DNA from: Bacillota bacterium
Lineage (GTDB): Bacteria > Bacillota > DTU014
Reading direction: 5' to 3'
Assembly: GCA_012719595.1 (NCBI GenBank)
Contig: JAAYAB010000034.1
Coordinates: 32,902 to 96,901 of the forward strand
DNA: 64,000 nucleotides
The notes beneath the pieces were generated by a model, which was given only the letters and a program-made list of their open reading frames with translations, was not told the origin of the DNA and did no database searches. The translations under genes and the position numbers were made by a program. Shown in pieces: positions 59,461 to 64,000 of the stretch (position 1 is its first letter; every line of letters begins with the position of its first letter).

Positions 59461-59610
59461 CGCCTCTCCATCCTATCCGTGCCTCGACGACAGTGCCCTA
59501 TGCAAGTCAGGGACGCTGATAGCGTCCCTGATACCTACAACGGTCGAGTCATCTCAGGCAGACCACCATTCGCGCAGAGTCTGGGCTATGCTCCGGAGAG
59601 CCAAGCTGAT

Positions 59611-61131
59611 CTACTTCGCATACTCGACAGCGCGGGTCTCCCTGATTACGGTCACCTTGATCTGTCCCGGGTATTCCAACTCATCCTCAATGCGCTTGAC
59701 AATGTCTCTGGACACTCTGATGGCTGCAGCGTCGTCAATCTTCTCCGGCTTCACCATCACCCTGATCTCTCGTCCCGCCTGCATCGCGTACACTTTGTCG
59801 ACGCCGTCCAGCGATCCGGCGATCTCCTCGAGCTTCTCCAGGCGCTTGATGTAGGCCTCCAGCGTCTCTCTTCGGGCGCCCGGCCGAGCGGCTGAAATCG
59901 CATCCGCCGCCTGGACGAGACACGCCTCCACTGTCTTGGCCTCGACTTCGCTGTGATGCGCAACCACAGCGTGAACCACCTGCGGCGATTCGTGGAACCT
60001 CTTGAGTATGTCGCCGCCGATCTTTGCGTGCGGCCCTTCGACTTCGTGGTCTACTGCTTTGCCGATGTCATGTAGCAATCCGGCTCTCCTGGCCAGATTC
60101 TCGTCCGCACCGAGTTCCGCAGCCATAATGGCAGCGAGATACGAGACTTCGATTGAGTGCTGCAAGACGTTCTGTCCGTAGCTGGTGCGATACCTCAGCC
60201 TTCCCAGGTACTTGACGACCTCAGGATGCAGCCCATGTACTCCCGTGTCAAACGCGGCCTTCTCGCCCTCTTCGCGGATGATGGTGTCAACCTCTTTGCG
60301 GGCTTTCTCCACCATCTCCTCGATTCTGGCGGGATGGATCCTTCCATCGGTTATCAGGCGCTCCAACGCTATGCGGGCGATCTCGCGCCTGACCGGGTCG
60401 AAGCCGGACAGGATCACTGCTTCCGGCGTGTCGTCTATTATCAGGTCTATTCCGGTCAGGGTCTCCAAAGCCCTAATATTGCGTCCCTCTCTGCCGATGA
60501 TCCTTCCTTTCATCTCGTCATTCGGCAATGGGACAACCGACACGGTCGTGTCCACCACATGGTCGGCGGAGCACCGCTGAATGGCAAGGGACAAGATCTC
60601 TCTAGCCTTCTTGTCGGCTTCGTCTCTCGCACGTATCTCTGCGTTCTTGATGAGCGCCGCCGCCTCAAGCTCGGTTTCGCGGCGGACCTCGTCCAGGAGA
60701 AGCTGTCTGGCCTCTTCGGACCGGAGACTTGCCAACTCCTCAAGCTTCTTGCGCTGTTCGTCTCTCAGAGCCTCGACCTCCTTGCGAATCCGGTCGAGCT
60801 CAGCCTCACGGTGGGCCACACGTTCTTCACGCTTCTCAACCGCTGCGAGCTTGCGGTCAAGAGCTTCTTCCTTCTGGATATTCCGATTTTCGGCTCTCTG
60901 CAGTTCAAGTCGTCGTTCGCGACTCTCCCTGTCGAGGTCTGCTCGGAGTTTGTGGATGTCCTCCTTGACCTCAAGCAGCATTTCCCGCTGCCTTGCTTCG
61001 GCCAGTTCCTCTGCTCTCTTGATGATAGTCCTGGCCTGCTGCTCGGCACTCCCCTTCTTCAGTTCGCCAAGAAATCTCCTGGCAAGATACCCGACACCAA
61101 GGGATGCCAGAGCAATCACAACATATATCAA
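59611..61131 (-). CDS. rny: Ribonuclease Y
   Basis: N-terminal TM helix, coiled coil, KH domain, then HD domain ([17 protein letters not shown]...LHDIGK). TTG start after GAGGG. Upstream ORF-track residues were rejected. Confidence 0.85.
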   Translation of the reverse strand: MIYVVIALASLGVGYLARRFLGELKKGSAEQQARTIIKRAEELAEARQREMLLEVKEDIHKLRADLDRESRERRLELQRAENRNIQKEEALDRKLAAVEKREERVAHREAELDRIRKEVEALRDEQRKKLEELASLRSEEARQLLLDEVRRETELEAAALIKNAEIRARDEADKKAREILSLAIQRCSADHVVDTTVSVVPLPNDEMKGRIIGREGRNIRALETLTGIDLIIDDTPEAVILSGFDPVRREIARIALERLITDGRIHPARIEEMVEKARKEVDTIIREEGEKAAFDTGVHGLHPEVVKYLGRLRYRTSYGQNVLQHSIEVSYLAAIMAAELGADENLARRAGLLHDIGKAVDHEVEGPHAKIGGDILKRFHESPQVVHAVVAHHSEVEAKTVEACLVQAADAISAARPGARRETLEAYIKRLEKLEEIAGSLDGVDKVYAMQAGREIRVMVKPEKIDDAAAIRVSRDIVKRIEDELEYPGQIKVTVIRETRAVEYAK

Positions 61132-61423
61132 TGTTTGACCCTCGATAGGTGTACACCTCCCCAGCGCATCACGCGCCCAACGCCGGCACTGACGCCGGCG
61201 GCGCAATAACCATGGACCAGGCCAGTCTTGGAGGGCTGTCGCGCCTCAGGATCAAGGCAACGAAGCCTGCCCCCGCCCTCCCCCGTCTGGCGAAGCAGGT
61301 CCGTCATATTCGCCAATATCCTGCTCTAGGGCCTAAAATTGTCGTAAGGCACGCGATTATTTTATACCTTTTGAATATGAGTGTCAACAAACGCCCTGCC
61401 GAGCGCCAAGACGCCTCTAGCGG

Positions 61424-62467
<1,044 letters not shown>

Positions 62468-62579
62468 AAGCGAACACCTCACACTTATCAACTCTTGCTA
62501 GACTTCGACAGCCGTCGGGCGCTTCCTTCAGCTACCAGCGAAGATCGCCCGATCCGGCCGTGCCTCTCACAGCTCCGGC

Positions 62580-63830
62580 TCACGGCAACGCGGTCAGCAC
62601 CCTCCGAAGGAGGTTCAAAATCGCGACGCAAGCCCTGGTCCGGACCTGATCTCTATTGCCGTTCAGCAGGAGCCTGGCTATCGACAGCGAGCCGCCGCAC
62701 ACAACCGCTGCATACACCAGGCCGACCGGTTTCGTTGCGGTCCCGCCGTCGGGACCGGCCAGCCCAGTCACAGAAACCGATACCGACGATTCAAACAGTC
62801 TCTTCACGCCCAGCGCCATAGCTGCCGCGCACTGCCTGCTCACCGCACCGTGCCGCTCGAGGATCTCGGGCTGCACTCCCAAGAGCTTCGTCTTCGACTC
62901 ATTGCTGTAAGTCACTGTGCCGCCCAGGAAATACCGCGAGCTGCCCGGCACATCTGTGATCAGCTTCCCGAGGAGGCCTCCGGTGCAGGATTCGGCCAGG
63001 GCGATGGTCTCGCCTTTGGTCAGAAGCAGCCTCCCGACGACTTCCGCGAGCGTCTCATTGTCCTCGCCGTAGATGAGGCCGCCGAGCCGGCTGCGGATGC
63101 TCTCAGCGACTCTGTCAATCATCTGTCGCGCGGTCTCGTCGTCCTGGGCCTTTGCTGTGATCCTGAGGTCGACGAGGCCATCCGATGCATAGGGAGCGAT
63201 CGTTGGATTTGTCTGACTTGAGAGTATGTCTTCGATCTGAACGACCAGTGCAGACTCTCCCATCCCCACCGTGCGAAGGATGCGCGACCTGATGACTGCG
63301 CCTCCGACAGATTGTATCTTCTGTTTGAGGTAGGGAATCACGGTGTTCTCCATCATCCAGGTCATCTCTCGAGGCACGCCAGGCACGAGCACTATGATCT
63401 TGCCTGCGTCCTCTATGATCTGCCCGGGTGCAGTCCCTACCTGGTTGCGGATGAGCGTGCATCCCCCGATCACCATCGCCTGCTTCCGATTGTTGTCGCT
63501 CGGCTGCCTGCCGGTCTTCCGGAAGTACTCGACGATGTCCGAGTCGACCTGGGCCGAATAGACGAGCTTCCGGCCTATTACGTCCGCAACCGCAGCGACA
63601 GTGACGTCGTCATCAGTGGGGCCGAGGCCGCCAGTGACAACCACCAAATCCGATCGCGACAATGCGAGCTGAAGGGTCGACTCCACCCTGCGGACGTTGT
63701 CGCCGACGCAGGACTTGAAGTACACGTCAACGCCGAGCTCCGCCAGCCTCCTGCTGAGATACGCAGAGTTCGTGTCGACAATCTGCCCCAACAGCAGCTC
63801 TGTTCCAACAGCCAGGATCTCTCCGACCAA
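62580..63830 (-). CDS. cinA: Competence/damage-inducible protein CinA (MoeA-like N-domain plus CinA C-domain)
   Basis: MVGEILAVGTELLLGQIVDTNSAYL. Synteny cinA-recA. Confidence 0.85.
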   Translation of the reverse strand: MVGEILAVGTELLLGQIVDTNSAYLSRRLAELGVDVYFKSCVGDNVRRVESTLQLALSRSDLVVVTGGLGPTDDDVTVAAVADVIGRKLVYSAQVDSDIVEYFRKTGRQPSDNNRKQAMVIGGCTLIRNQVGTAPGQIIEDAGKIIVLVPGVPREMTWMMENTVIPYLKQKIQSVGGAVIRSRILRTVGMGESALVVQIEDILSSQTNPTIAPYASDGLVDLRITAKAQDDETARQMIDRVAESIRSRLGGLIYGEDNETLAEVVGRLLLTKGETIALAESCTGGLLGKLITDVPGSSRYFLGGTVTYSNESKTKLLGVQPEILERHGAVSRQCAAAMALGVKRLFESSVSVSVTGLAGPDGGTATKPVGLVYAAVVCGGSLSIARLLLNGNRDQVRTRACVAILNLLRRVLTALP

Positions 63831-64000
63831 CCGGCCACCACCTCACCGATACTCTTAGCTTCGCCAGGTGGTGCCCATGTCCTTCAGGCCGTATCGCGAG
63901 CGGCCTTGAGACTCCGTGGACTGCGGGAAACGCTCGATGTGCGGCCTGCAGAGAGTAGGCGCCTCAACTCATCTCCTGAAATCCTCTCCCGGCGGACCAG

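Noticed and set aside
60581-61138. 185-aa Ser/Arg-rich plus-strand ORF opposite rny
   Set aside because: Antisense to the RNase Y coiled-coil region (Glu/Arg/Leu codons read backwards). Not coding.
62468-62579. LexA/Cheo box upstream of recA
   Set aside because: No GAAC-N4-GTTC or CGAACRNRYGTTCG palindrome is visible. Only an isolated CGAAC.

Overview
This window is a roughly 60% GC chromosomal segment from an endospore-forming Firmicute. Gene order matches Bacillus/Clostridia (spoIIGA-sigE-sigG, the ylm/sepF cluster, ylyA-lspA-rluD-pyrR, and spoVS-ymdB-rny-recA-cinA). Almost all genes are on the minus strand. Conserved blocks are a partial de novo purine operon (purE, purB, purF, purN, purC, purD), a pyrimidine operon (pyrR, pyrP, pyrB, pyrC, pyrK, pyrD, pyrF, pyrE) with two PyrR-type attenuators, a division/sporulation block and a reduced dcw cluster (mraZ to ftsZ). 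The 5' end (1-10.4 kb) is accessory. It carries a SCIFF (six-cysteine) peptide with its radical-SAM/SPASM maturase behind a near-consensus extended -10 promoter and long leader, three tandem M42 peptidase paralogs, an orphan SPPY amino-methyltransferase, abrB, and a small lower-GC islet with a Panacea-domain antitoxin and a MazF/PemK-like toxin inserted next to tRNA-Leu(GAG). The most notable non-coding signal is a ykkC-family riboswitch-like leader (CUAGGGUUCCG, GGUCCGAG, GGGAnAAAAGCCC) with its own promoter and intrinsic terminator between purE and purB, interpreted as a PRPP-type ON switch. A 10-bp-periodic CCAC/GTGG repeat array upstream of mraZ looks like the MraZ operator. Start codons were re-assigned for many ORF-track entries (GTG/TTG starts and internal Mets with SD sequences). 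No CRISPR array, rRNA or transposase was seen.
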